The notes beneath the pieces are model-generated. The model did no database searches. It had not been told where the DNA came from and was given only the letters and a program-made list of their open reading frames with translations. The position numbers and the translations under genes were made by a program. Positions 9,598-17,442 of a stretch of DNA of 64,000 nucleotides are shown piece by piece. Source of the DNA: Phycisphaerales bacterium. Lineage in GTDB: Bacteria; Planctomycetota; Phycisphaerae; Phycisphaerales; UBA1924. Numbering within the stretch: position 1 is the stretch's first letter; every line of letters starts with the position of its first letter. The stretch is taken from NCBI GenBank assembly GCA_036788215.1, contig DAIQNV010000002.1, forward strand, positions 37,074-101,073, read 5' to 3'.

Positions 9598-10232
9598 TGA
9601 ACCCCCACCACGCCCGCCTGCGCGACCGCCTCTACGACACCTTCCGGGGCCGCCCCACACCCCTGCTCTGCGCCGACGAGTACACCATCCCCGGCGCGTC
9701 CCTCTGGTCCGGGGCGCGTCTGTGGGTCAACGCGCTGCGGGTCCACGATCTCGGGCCGGGCGACCGCGTCCTGCTCGCGCTGCCCCGCACGCCCGCCTCG
9801 GTGATGGCGACGCTCGCCTGCTGGTGGGAGGGGCTCACCGTCTGCCCCGCCGACGCCTTCGACCCGGCCCAACTCGCCACGCTCGACGCTGCCCTCGCCC
9901 TCGCCGACGCCGACCACCCGAGCGTCCTCCGGCGGGCCCGCGACGAGCACCCCGCCCCGGGCCCGGTCACGCTCCGTCTTGCCCGCACGCCCCGCACGCC
10001 CGAGGTCGCTCTCCTCCTCCCCGACAGCGGGCCCGTTCCCTTCCAGACCATCGCCGATCTGGGCGCCCGCGCCGTCACGAGCATCGAGCCCTTCGAACTC
10101 CGCGAACCCTGGGACACCCACGACGGCTTGCTCGCGGACGATCGCGGGCTCTGGCCGATCCTCTTTGCGGGCGCCATCGTGCGGGTTGCCTACGCCGGTC
10201 GTCCGATCACGCCACTCGCCCGCGCCGCCTGA
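9597..10232 (+). CDS. Short (211 aa) protein resembling only the N-terminal part of an adenylate-forming (acyl/aryl-CoA ligase) enzyme, without a P-loop
   Basis: LGPGDRVLLALPRTPASVMATLACWWEGLTVCPAD resembles the substrate-side N-terminal segment of 4CL/acyl-CoA ligases. PEVALLLPDSGPVPF sits where the SGTTGxPKG motif is expected. The ORF stops after 211 codons and is start/stop-coupled to the HpaB-like gene. Confidence 0.5.
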   Translation: MNPHHARLRDRLYDTFRGRPTPLLCADEYTIPGASLWSGARLWVNALRVHDLGPGDRVLLALPRTPASVMATLACWWEGLTVCPADAFDPAQLATLDAALALADADHPSVLRRARDEHPAPGPVTLRLARTPRTPEVALLLPDSGPVPFQTIADLGARAVTSIEPFELREPWDTHDGLLADDRGLWPILFAGAIVRVAYAGRPITPLARAA

Positions 10233-10463
10233 GGGGGTATCCACCCGGCTCCGCTCCGGGGATCGTCTGCGCCAGACGATGAACTCCCTCGCCCCGAGCG
10301 TCCTCCCGCGACGGTGTCCTCCACTGCATCTCAAGCACCACCGGGGCTTCTCCGATTTCTCATCTGCACGCAAGGCCCGACGCCCGCCGACTCACGCGGG
10401 GCCGCGGCCGGGAGTCGGGTGCTGCACCCGGTGTTGTCCGTCCTCTCGAAAGGAAGCCAGATC

Positions 10464-10796
10464 ATGAACACCGAGACCGTCGAGAGCCTGGAGATGCAGC
10501 TCCGCTCTCTCTACGAGGAGCGCGAGTTCCTCGCCCAGAAGTATGGAGTCTCGTCCGCCGACGAAGTCGTCTCGATGGTCTCGAACCTCGAGGCCCAGCT
10601 CCACGACTTCTACCACAAGTACGGGAGCTTCGACAGCGACGACAATTCCGGCATCATCCTGGGCCGGCTCAAGGAGCTCAGCTCCGCGCTCGACCCCATG
10701 TACTCGCAGAAGAGTGTCACATTCACGTTTGAGAACAACCGCCCCGTCCTCCGCGCCGAGTGGACCGAGCAGCTGAACCAAGGAGACGCCCAGTGA
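10464..10796 (+). CDS. Hypothetical 110-aa acidic protein, translationally coupled to pyp
   Basis: ATG at 10464 is preceded by AGGAAG. Translation MNTETVESLEMQLRSLYEEREFLAQKYG... has a predicted helical N-terminus and good GC3 codon bias. Its stop at 10794-10796 overlaps the GTG at 10793 and lies 6 nt before the ATG at 10802 of pyp. Confidence 0.7.
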   Translation: MNTETVESLEMQLRSLYEEREFLAQKYGVSSADEVVSMVSNLEAQLHDFYHKYGSFDSDDNSGIILGRLKELSSALDPMYSQKSVTFTFENNRPVLRAEWTEQLNQGDAQ

Positions 10797-10801
10797 ACAG
10801 C

Positions 10802-11188
10802 ATGATGAGTGCCCCCGCCGGGACCTTTGTCCCGAACGAGCTCTTCCCGATGCTCGGGAACCTTTCCCGCAACGACGCCGATTCCTGCGACTTCGGGATC
10901 ATCCAGCTCGACGACTCGGGCAAGGTGATCATGGTCAACCGCTACCAGTCCGAACTCGGCGGCGTCCCCGTCTCCCAGTTCGAGAACCGCAACTGGTTCA
11001 CCCAGATCGCACCCTGCACCAACAACGGGCTGGTCTTCGGCATGTTCAAGAAGGGCGTCGCCGCGGGCAACATGAACACCGTGTTCCCCTACACCTTCAC
11101 CTTCAAGATGAAGCCCACCAACGTCAAGATCCACTTCTACCGCGACCAGAAGTCGGGCCGGAACTTCGCGTTCGTCGCCCGCGCCTGA
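10802..11188 (+). CDS. pyp: Photoactive yellow protein (PYP) homologue, stand-alone PAS photoreceptor
   Basis: 128 aa. Aligns without gaps to Halorhodospira halophila PYP from FG(A/I)IQLD through NFF..APC to the C-terminus: FGIIQLDDSGK..., NWFTQIAPC, GVAAGNMNTVFPYTFTFKMKPTNVKIHF, FAFVARA. Chromophore Cys is conserved at codon 72 (11015-11017). An alternative GTG start at 10793 sits 7 nt after AGGAG. Confidence 0.9.
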   Translation: MMSAPAGTFVPNELFPMLGNLSRNDADSCDFGIIQLDDSGKVIMVNRYQSELGGVPVSQFENRNWFTQIAPCTNNGLVFGMFKKGVAAGNMNTVFPYTFTFKMKPTNVKIHFYRDQKSGRNFAFVARA

Positions 11189-11228
11189 TCCACCGGGCCC
11201 ACCGCCCGACCAAGCGATCGCGCACGCT

Positions 11229-11267
11229 CGCCCCGCCCGGGCCCACGCCCAGGCGGGGCGTCTTTCT
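11229..11267 (+). terminator. Rho-independent terminator after pyp
   Basis: CGCCCCGCC...GGCGGGGCG stem (extendable, 6-nt loop) followed by TCTTTCT, located 40 nt after the pyp stop. Confidence 0.7.
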
Positions 11268-11324
11268 GCGCGCACCGGCACCGCCCCCCCGGTACCATCG
11301 GGCCTCCCCGAAGGAGAGTGCCGC

Positions 11325-13247
11325 GTGGTCCACAGTCGAGCCTGCGCCCTGCTCTGCGCGTGCGTGCTGGGCCCGCTCACCGCCGCGGCCGACCCGACCG
11401 CCACCCCGCCGGGACCGGAGACCGCCCGGGCCATCACGCCCGACCCCGCCCGCGATGGCTTCCGGTACCCGGTCTCCCGCGTCCGATTCAGCCTGCCCTA
11501 CGAGCACCAGGACGCGCCCGATCTCGGGTCGATCAGCGCGACCGTCGTCCCCCTGACGCCCACCCCCGAGGGCTGGATCGCCCCGCCCACGCCCGGCGCC
11601 CCCACCGTCGAGGTCGCTCTCGACCGTCCCCTCGACGCGTTCGAAGCCGCCCCCCCGGTCCTCTTCGGGAGCGCGATCGCTGCCATCACCCGACGGGTCC
11701 AGTCCGCCTTCGCGACGGACCCGGGACTCATCGGGCACCTCGTCATCCCCGACCCCGACCAGATCGATCCCGCCACCAGCGAGGATCTCCGCCCCGCGGC
11801 CGCGACCGATCTCACCGTCTCCATCTACCTCGCCACCGTCGCCGATACGCGCACGATCGGCTTCGGTCGCCGCCTGCCCGAGGACGCCCAGCCCATCAAC
11901 CACCCCGCCCACGCCCGCATCCTCCGCAACGCCCCGCTCGCGACCGGGGACCTGCTCGCCCGCCCGCCCATCGATCGCTTCGTCGCCCGCCTGAACCGCC
12001 ACCCGGGCCGGCGGGTCGAGACCGCGGTCGCGCCGACGGGCGAGCCCGGGCGGGTCTCGCTCGACTTCCTCGTGACCGAAGCCAAGCCCTGGACCGTCTA
12101 CGCCCAGGTCGCCAACACCGGCACCCGCTCGACCGACGAGATGCGCATGCTCTTCGGCGCCCGCCACACCCAGCTCACCGGGCGGGACGACGTCCTCACC
12201 GTCAACTACATCACCGCGGAGTTCGACGCCACGAACGCGGTCGCCGCCAGCTATGTCCGCCCGCTCGACGACCTGGGCCGGATCACGCTCACGATCAACG
12301 GCGCTTGGAATGAGTACACCGCGAGCGACATCGGGCTGGGCCTGGCTGCCCTGGAGGGCGAGGGCTACGACGCGGGCGCGGAACTGGCCATCGAGCTCGC
12401 CGAGATCGGCCGGGGCTTCCTCCACGCCTTCGCGGGCCTGCAGTACCGCCGGATCAGCATCGACAACCTCCTCGCGGGCGTCGAGGGCGAGACCGACCTC
12501 CTGCTCGCCAGCGCCGGCGTGCGATTCGCCAGGGCCGGCCTCACGAGCGATACCACACTCTCCGGTTCCATCGAGGCGAATCTCCCCGACATCGCCGGCA
12601 CCGACGAGTCCGACCTCGTCTTCCTTGGGCGATCCGACGCGGACACCTCCTTCGCGGTCCTCCGGTTCGAAGCGGCCCACAGCCTTTTCCTTGAGCCCCT
12701 TTTCGACCCTGATGGCTATGCGGGCCGGCGCGGGCCCGACGCCATGACCCTCGCCCACCGCCTCACCCTCTCCGCCCGAGGGCAGTACACGCCGGAGCGC
12801 CGCCTCGTCGCCAACCTGCAGGCCATCGCGGGCGGGTTCTTCACCGTCCGGGGCTACGAGGAGGCGGTCGCTTCGGGCGACTCGGCGCTCATCGCGTCGA
12901 TCGAGTACCGGTATAGCCTCGCCGCCGCCCTGCCCCCGGCGGAGCGGGCGGGCTCCCTGGCGGGGCGACCCTTCCGCACCGCCCGGCAGGAGCCCTACGG
13001 CACCGCGGACTGGGACATCGGCCTCCGCGTCTTCGCCGATCTCGCGGTCGTGGACAACAACGACCGGGCCCCGGGCGAGTCCGACGAGACGCTGATGGGC
13101 ATCGGCGTGGGTGTTGACGCCCGGCTCTGGACCAACCTGACGGCCCGGGCCGACCTGGGCGTGGCACTCTCGGACGCTCGATCGCAGACGAACCCGGCGA
13201 ATCAGGGCGATACCAGGCTGCATTTCGCCGTCATCGTGTCATACTGA
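11325..13247 (+). CDS. ShlB/FhaC/HecB-family two-partner-secretion outer-membrane transporter (TpsB)
   Basis: GTG start 6 nt after AAGGAGAG. Signal peptide, POTRA-like N-terminal region, and C-terminal beta-barrel with FFTVRGYEEAVASGDSALIASIEYRY. Ends in an aromatic residue (VIVSY). Confidence 0.85.
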   Translation: MVHSRACALLCACVLGPLTAAADPTATPPGPETARAITPDPARDGFRYPVSRVRFSLPYEHQDAPDLGSISATVVPLTPTPEGWIAPPTPGAPTVEVALDRPLDAFEAAPPVLFGSAIAAITRRVQSAFATDPGLIGHLVIPDPDQIDPATSEDLRPAAATDLTVSIYLATVADTRTIGFGRRLPEDAQPINHPAHARILRNAPLATGDLLARPPIDRFVARLNRHPGRRVETAVAPTGEPGRVSLDFLVTEAKPWTVYAQVANTGTRSTDEMRMLFGARHTQLTGRDDVLTVNYITAEFDATNAVAASYVRPLDDLGRITLTINGAWNEYTASDIGLGLAALEGEGYDAGAELAIELAEIGRGFLHAFAGLQYRRISIDNLLAGVEGETDLLLASAGVRFARAGLTSDTTLSGSIEANLPDIAGTDESDLVFLGRSDADTSFAVLRFEAAHSLFLEPLFDPDGYAGRRGPDAMTLAHRLTLSARGQYTPERRLVANLQAIAGGFFTVRGYEEAVASGDSALIASIEYRYSLAAALPPAERAGSLAGRPFRTARQEPYGTADWDIGLRVFADLAVVDNNDRAPGESDETLMGIGVGVDARLWTNLTARADLGVALSDARSQTNPANQGDTRLHFAVIVSY

Positions 13248-13261
13248 GGGCGAACCAAACC

Positions 13262-16200
13262 ATGAAGACACCGCCCGCAAACCTGATGCTCGCCGGAACG
13301 GCACTCCTGCTGTCGCTCCCCACCCTCCCCGCGGTCGCCGGCCCCGATGGCAGCACCGTCGCCCGGGGCTCCGCCTCCATCGCCCGGGACGGCGCCGTCA
13401 CCACGATCACCGCGAGCGACGGGGCGATCCTGAACCACCAGTCGTTCCACATCGCCCCGCACGAGGCGGTGCGGTTCCTGCAGCCCCACGCGGGCGCCCG
13501 CGTCCTCAACCGCGTCGTCGGACCGGACGCCTCGCTGATCGAGGGCAGCCTCTTCGCCAACGGGCGGGTCTACCTCGTCAACCCCAACGGCATCTTCATG
13601 GGCCCGGACGCGATCGTCCGTACCTCGGCCTTCATCGCGGCGGGCGCCCACATGGCCGATGCCGACTTCCTTGCCGGCCTCGACCGCTTCACCGACGCAC
13701 GGGGCGCCGTGGTCAACCAGGGCCTGATCGAGGCTGGAGAGGTCATGCTCTTCGGGCGGACCGTCGCCAACCTCGGCACGATCAACGCCCCCAACGGGAC
13801 CGTCGCGCTGCTCGCGGGGGAGAACCTCTACCTGAAGCCGGGCGATGGCGGGCCGCTGGTGCAGCTCGACGCGTCCGGGCCGCCCGAACGCCCCGCGGTG
13901 CACGCCGGGCCGACACTCGCCGCGGGCGACATCTACTCCATGGCGGTCTGGCAGGGCGGGCGCACGACCGCCCGGGCGGTGCGGGCGCAGAGCGCCGATG
14001 TCCGCCCTGTGGTCAACACGGGCGACATCCGCGCTCAGAGCGACGACGGGCGGGGCGGGGAGATCCTGCTCGCGGGCCCCGCTGTCCGCGTGTGGGATGG
14101 CACGCTCGACGCCTCGGGGCCCATGGGCGGGGGCACGGTGCAGATCGGGGCCCGCCCCAACGGCGCCGCCCCGCTGAGCGCCACGGTCCACACCGAGGCG
14201 GGCGTCACCGTCCGGGCCGACGCGACCGGGCGGGGCGACGCCGGCTCGATCGAGCTGTGGTCCAGCCACCTGACCCTCGCCGCAGGGGAGCTTTCCGCCC
14301 GTGGTGGCCCCCTCGGGGGCGACGGGGGATTCATCGAAACCTCCAGCATGGGCGGGCTCCTTGCGGACGCGGGGGTCGATATCGGGGCGAGCAACGGTCG
14401 GGCGGGGCTCTACCTGATCGACCCGGTGGACGTGCTGATCACAACACGTGCGCTCGCGCTCAGCAAGCTTGGCCAGTTGACGAACCCCACCGGCGAGCCC
14501 GTCCTGAGCCTCGTTCTGGTCAACCGGGTGACGCAGGCACTCCTGACGGGCAATGTCGAGATCAATACCGAGTTCTCCCGCGGCGCGGGCAACGGGACGA
14601 TCACGGTCGATGTCGAGGACCCGGACCGTTTCGGCGCAGAAGCGGTGAGCTACGCCCTGCCCGGCCCGCGCACGCTGACACTCCGCGCGCACCGCGATAT
14701 CCGCATCCTGAGCCCGCTCGCACCCGACGGAACGAGTGCGCCCCTGAACCTCGTGCTCGCGGCGAACAGCACCTTCCCGAACGACCCCGACCCCGACCCG
14801 GCGACGGGAGACGTCCGCCTCTCCGCGCCCATCCGCCTCTCCGGGGGCGGCCTGACCTCGTCGGGCGTCAACTTCAACGGGACGCTTGGCCTGATCACCG
14901 CCGGCTGGGTCGACCTGCAGCACTCGGGAACCGTCACGCTGGGATCGGATGTCACGCTCACCGGCATCGGACCCGGGGGCAACGCGCTCCGCGCGACCGG
15001 CACGAGCTTCACACTGAACGCCAATGTGCCGCTGACGACCTCCGCCGGAGGCGGGATCAGCCTCTCGTTCTCCGACACGGTCACCATCGGGAACGGGGGG
15101 CTCCTTGACCTGGGCAACGCCTTCAGCATCACGGGGGCCCAGTCCGTCTCCCTCGGGCGTGACGTGCGCACGACGGGCGACCCGATCACCATCGAGGGTG
15201 CGGTGACGCTGACCGGCGGGGACCGGCTCTTGCGGAGCAACTTCAACACCCTCGGCGCACCCATAGCGCTCGGAGCGATCGAGCGGGCCGCGACGGACCC
15301 GGGCGGGCTCACCGTGCGGTCGGGCAACGGCGCCATCGTTCTGGGCGACGCCGGCCAGGCGAACCCGCTCGCGTTCATGACGGTCGAAGGCGCGTCCGTC
15401 TCCGTCGGCAGCGCCAGGACCACCGGTCCCCAGACCTACACCGTGCAGAACGCCCAACTGCGCGGAGGCACACTCGAGACCGCGAGCGCAAACCTCGCGA
15501 TCTTCGGCGCGTCGCGCCTGCAGGGCAGCACGACGCTGCGCACCTCGGGCGGGCCGGGCGGGGGCGCGGTGACCCTCGGGTCTGTCGACTCCGACGGCGC
15601 GGGAAGCCGCGCCTTCACGATCGACGCGGGCTCCGCCCCCGTTGGACTGACCGGCGACATCGGCGGGCTCGCGGCCCCGCAGTCGCTGACGATCAACGCG
15701 GGACCGATCTCCGCAGCGTCGCTCGTGACCCTGGGCCCGCAGAGCATCACCGCGACGGAGACCACGCTGCGAGGCGGGATCGTCGCCTCGCTCGTGGGGG
15801 GCTCGATCACCTTCATCGGGCAGGTCCGACTGAATAACGGTGTGACCGCCTTCACCGCGGGCAACGCCGGCGACGACCTGAACTTCGTCGGCCCCATCGT
15901 CGCCCCGGGCGTCGGGCTCGCGCTCAACGCCGGACAGGCGGGCACCGTGACCTTCCTGAGCGGCGCCGGGCTCGTGGGCGGGGAGCTGGGGCGCCTCGAT
16001 GTCTCGCTCGCCGGGCTAACGCAGCTCGCGGGCGATATCCGCACGCTCGGGGGCGTCCGCATCGGCTCCCCGCTCCGGATCGTGGGCGGCTCATCCATCG
16101 TGGACGCCCGGGGCGGCACCACCGTCATCGCGGGCGACGTGACCGGCGCCGCGGGCCTCGCCCCGACGCTGACTTTCGCCTGGGAGGGCACCGCCGGCGT

Positions 16201-17428
16201 GCAGGTCATCGGCAGCACCTCCTTGCTCCGCACGCCCCTGACGATCCTGGGCAACGTCGGCTCCACAGGCGGGGACAGCGAGACCTTCGCCCTGGGCTCC
16301 GTCATCTTCGGCTCGGACACGCCGGGCGGAGCGATCCCCACGACCGCCTCCGTCGTCTTCTCGAGCGTCGAGCCCGGCGCCAACGGTCTCTACGACGCGG
16401 GGGCGATCGACCTGGGGCGGGCCTACACGATCCGCGCCCTCGACGCGATCACCTTCGGCGCTTCGCGGAAGCTCCTGGTCTTCGGCTCCGCCGAACTCCG
16501 CGCGGGCGCGCCCGGGCGGAGCGGAGCGATGCTGCTGGGCGACGTGACAACCTTCGGAGACCTCGCCCTCCGCTCCTTAGGCCCCGCCGGCACCATGGCC
16601 TTCCGCTCCCGCCCGCCCGGCTTCGTCGAGTCACCCGCCACCGAGATCGACCGCCTCGCCGGCGGGGGAGGCGTGCTGACCCCCGACACCGGCGTCGACG
16701 TCGTCTCAGGGGGCAACCTCACCTGGGAGATCACCAGCGGGACGGGTGCCCCGACCCAGGGGGGCGGACCGGTCGTCGTGCTCGTCGCGGCCAATCCCGG
16801 GCTCTCCCCCGCGGGCAATGTGCTCTCCTTCGCATCACCCATGAGCACAGCGCTCTTCGCGGGCCAGGGCCCGGCCACGACCGGACGCCTGTTCTCGTAC
16901 GACCTGTCCGCCGCCGCGATCGGTGCGTCCGGCGGCGGGCCGGGTTCCAACGGAGGCGGAACGGGCGGCAATGGCGGGTCCGGCGGAGGCACGCCCGGTG
17001 GCGGCACTCCCGACACCGGTGTCACGACAACCGTCGACCCCGCGGAGGCGCGGGCCCTCCTCGAATCCGAGGGCGTCTTCACGGAGCTCGCCTCACCTAC
17101 CCGCGTCCTGAGCGACGCGGACGCCCTCGCGTCCCTCGGGATCATCCTGATCGACGACGCCACCGCCGGACGCGGCGCCGCCACAGGCGGCGCGATCGTC
17201 CTCGTCGACCAGGCACCCTTCGGAGGAGTCGACCCCGAAGAGCCCTACCGGGTCTCCTCGCGCCGCGTGAGCCGGACCGCGGCGACCGCAGCCGCGGAGC
17301 GTTTCCGCGAAGTCGTGGCCGGGACGGGCGACCTGCAATCCCTCGCAAATGCGCTCGCGGCCCTCGGGCTGACCGACGGTGAACGTGCGCTCGCGCTCGA
17401 TCGGGCGGGGCGCGCCCTGGGCGGGTAG
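13262..17428 (+). CDS. Filamentous-haemagglutinin-type TpsA exoprotein (1388 aa) with N-terminal TPS domain
   Basis: Signal peptide, then the TPS secretion domain: ITASDGAILNHQSFHIAPHEAVRFLQP...RVLNRVVG...GSLFANGRVYLVNPNGIFMG. This is followed by long beta-helical G/T/L/A-rich repeats, a Gly-rich linker and an unassigned C-terminal region. Confidence 0.9.
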   Translation: MKTPPANLMLAGTALLLSLPTLPAVAGPDGSTVARGSASIARDGAVTTITASDGAILNHQSFHIAPHEAVRFLQPHAGARVLNRVVGPDASLIEGSLFANGRVYLVNPNGIFMGPDAIVRTSAFIAAGAHMADADFLAGLDRFTDARGAVVNQGLIEAGEVMLFGRTVANLGTINAPNGTVALLAGENLYLKPGDGGPLVQLDASGPPERPAVHAGPTLAAGDIYSMAVWQGGRTTARAVRAQSADVRPVVNTGDIRAQSDDGRGGEILLAGPAVRVWDGTLDASGPMGGGTVQIGARPNGAAPLSATVHTEAGVTVRADATGRGDAGSIELWSSHLTLAAGELSARGGPLGGDGGFIETSSMGGLLADAGVDIGASNGRAGLYLIDPVDVLITTRALALSKLGQLTNPTGEPVLSLVLVNRVTQALLTGNVEINTEFSRGAGNGTITVDVEDPDRFGAEAVSYALPGPRTLTLRAHRDIRILSPLAPDGTSAPLNLVLAANSTFPNDPDPDPATGDVRLSAPIRLSGGGLTSSGVNFNGTLGLITAGWVDLQHSGTVTLGSDVTLTGIGPGGNALRATGTSFTLNANVPLTTSAGGGISLSFSDTVTIGNGGLLDLGNAFSITGAQSVSLGRDVRTTGDPITIEGAVTLTGGDRLLRSNFNTLGAPIALGAIERAATDPGGLTVRSGNGAIVLGDAGQANPLAFMTVEGASVSVGSARTTGPQTYTVQNAQLRGGTLETASANLAIFGASRLQGSTTLRTSGGPGGGAVTLGSVDSDGAGSRAFTIDAGSAPVGLTGDIGGLAAPQSLTINAGPISAASLVTLGPQSITATETTLRGGIVASLVGGSITFIGQVRLNNGVTAFTAGNAGDDLNFVGPIVAPGVGLALNAGQAGTVTFLSGAGLVGGELGRLDVSLAGLTQLAGDIRTLGGVRIGSPLRIVGGSSIVDARGGTTVIAGDVTGAAGLAPTLTFAWEGTAGVQVIGSTSLLRTPLTILGNVGSTGGDSETFALGSVIFGSDTPGGAIPTTASVVFSSVEPGANGLYDAGAIDLGRAYTIRALDAITFGASRKLLVFGSAELRAGAPGRSGAMLLGDVTTFGDLALRSLGPAGTMAFRSRPPGFVESPATEIDRLAGGGGVLTPDTGVDVVSGGNLTWEITSGTGAPTQGGGPVVVLVAANPGLSPAGNVLSFASPMSTALFAGQGPATTGRLFSYDLSAAAIGASGGGPGSNGGGTGGNGGSGGGTPGGGTPDTGVTTTVDPAEARALLESEGVFTELASPTRVLSDADALASLGIILIDDATAGRGAATGGAIVLVDQAPFGGVDPEEPYRVSSRRVSRTAATAAAERFREVVAGTGDLQSLANALAALGLTDGERALALDRAGRALGG

Positions 17429-17442
17429 CGCCCGCCTGCGGC

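Noticed and set aside
10262-10280. 8-bp hairpin ATCGTCTG-CGC-CAGACGAT after the ligase-like gene, as a possible terminator
   Set aside because: It has no U-tract and a short stem. That is not enough to claim the upstream operon terminates before pyp, so transcript continuity is left open.
10760-10801. GTG at 10760 as the pyp start (the 142-aa ORF-track model)
   Set aside because: It would overlap the upstream ORF by 37 nt and add a RRRP-type peptide. The GTG at 10793 (AGGAG 7 nt upstream) or the ATG at 10802 gives a PYP of canonical length.
11124-15457. 699-aa and 751-aa minus-strand ORFs (11124-13223 and 13202-15457)
   Set aside because: They are antisense to the clearly identifiable TpsB and TpsA genes and have a low-complexity R/G/D/E/P composition.
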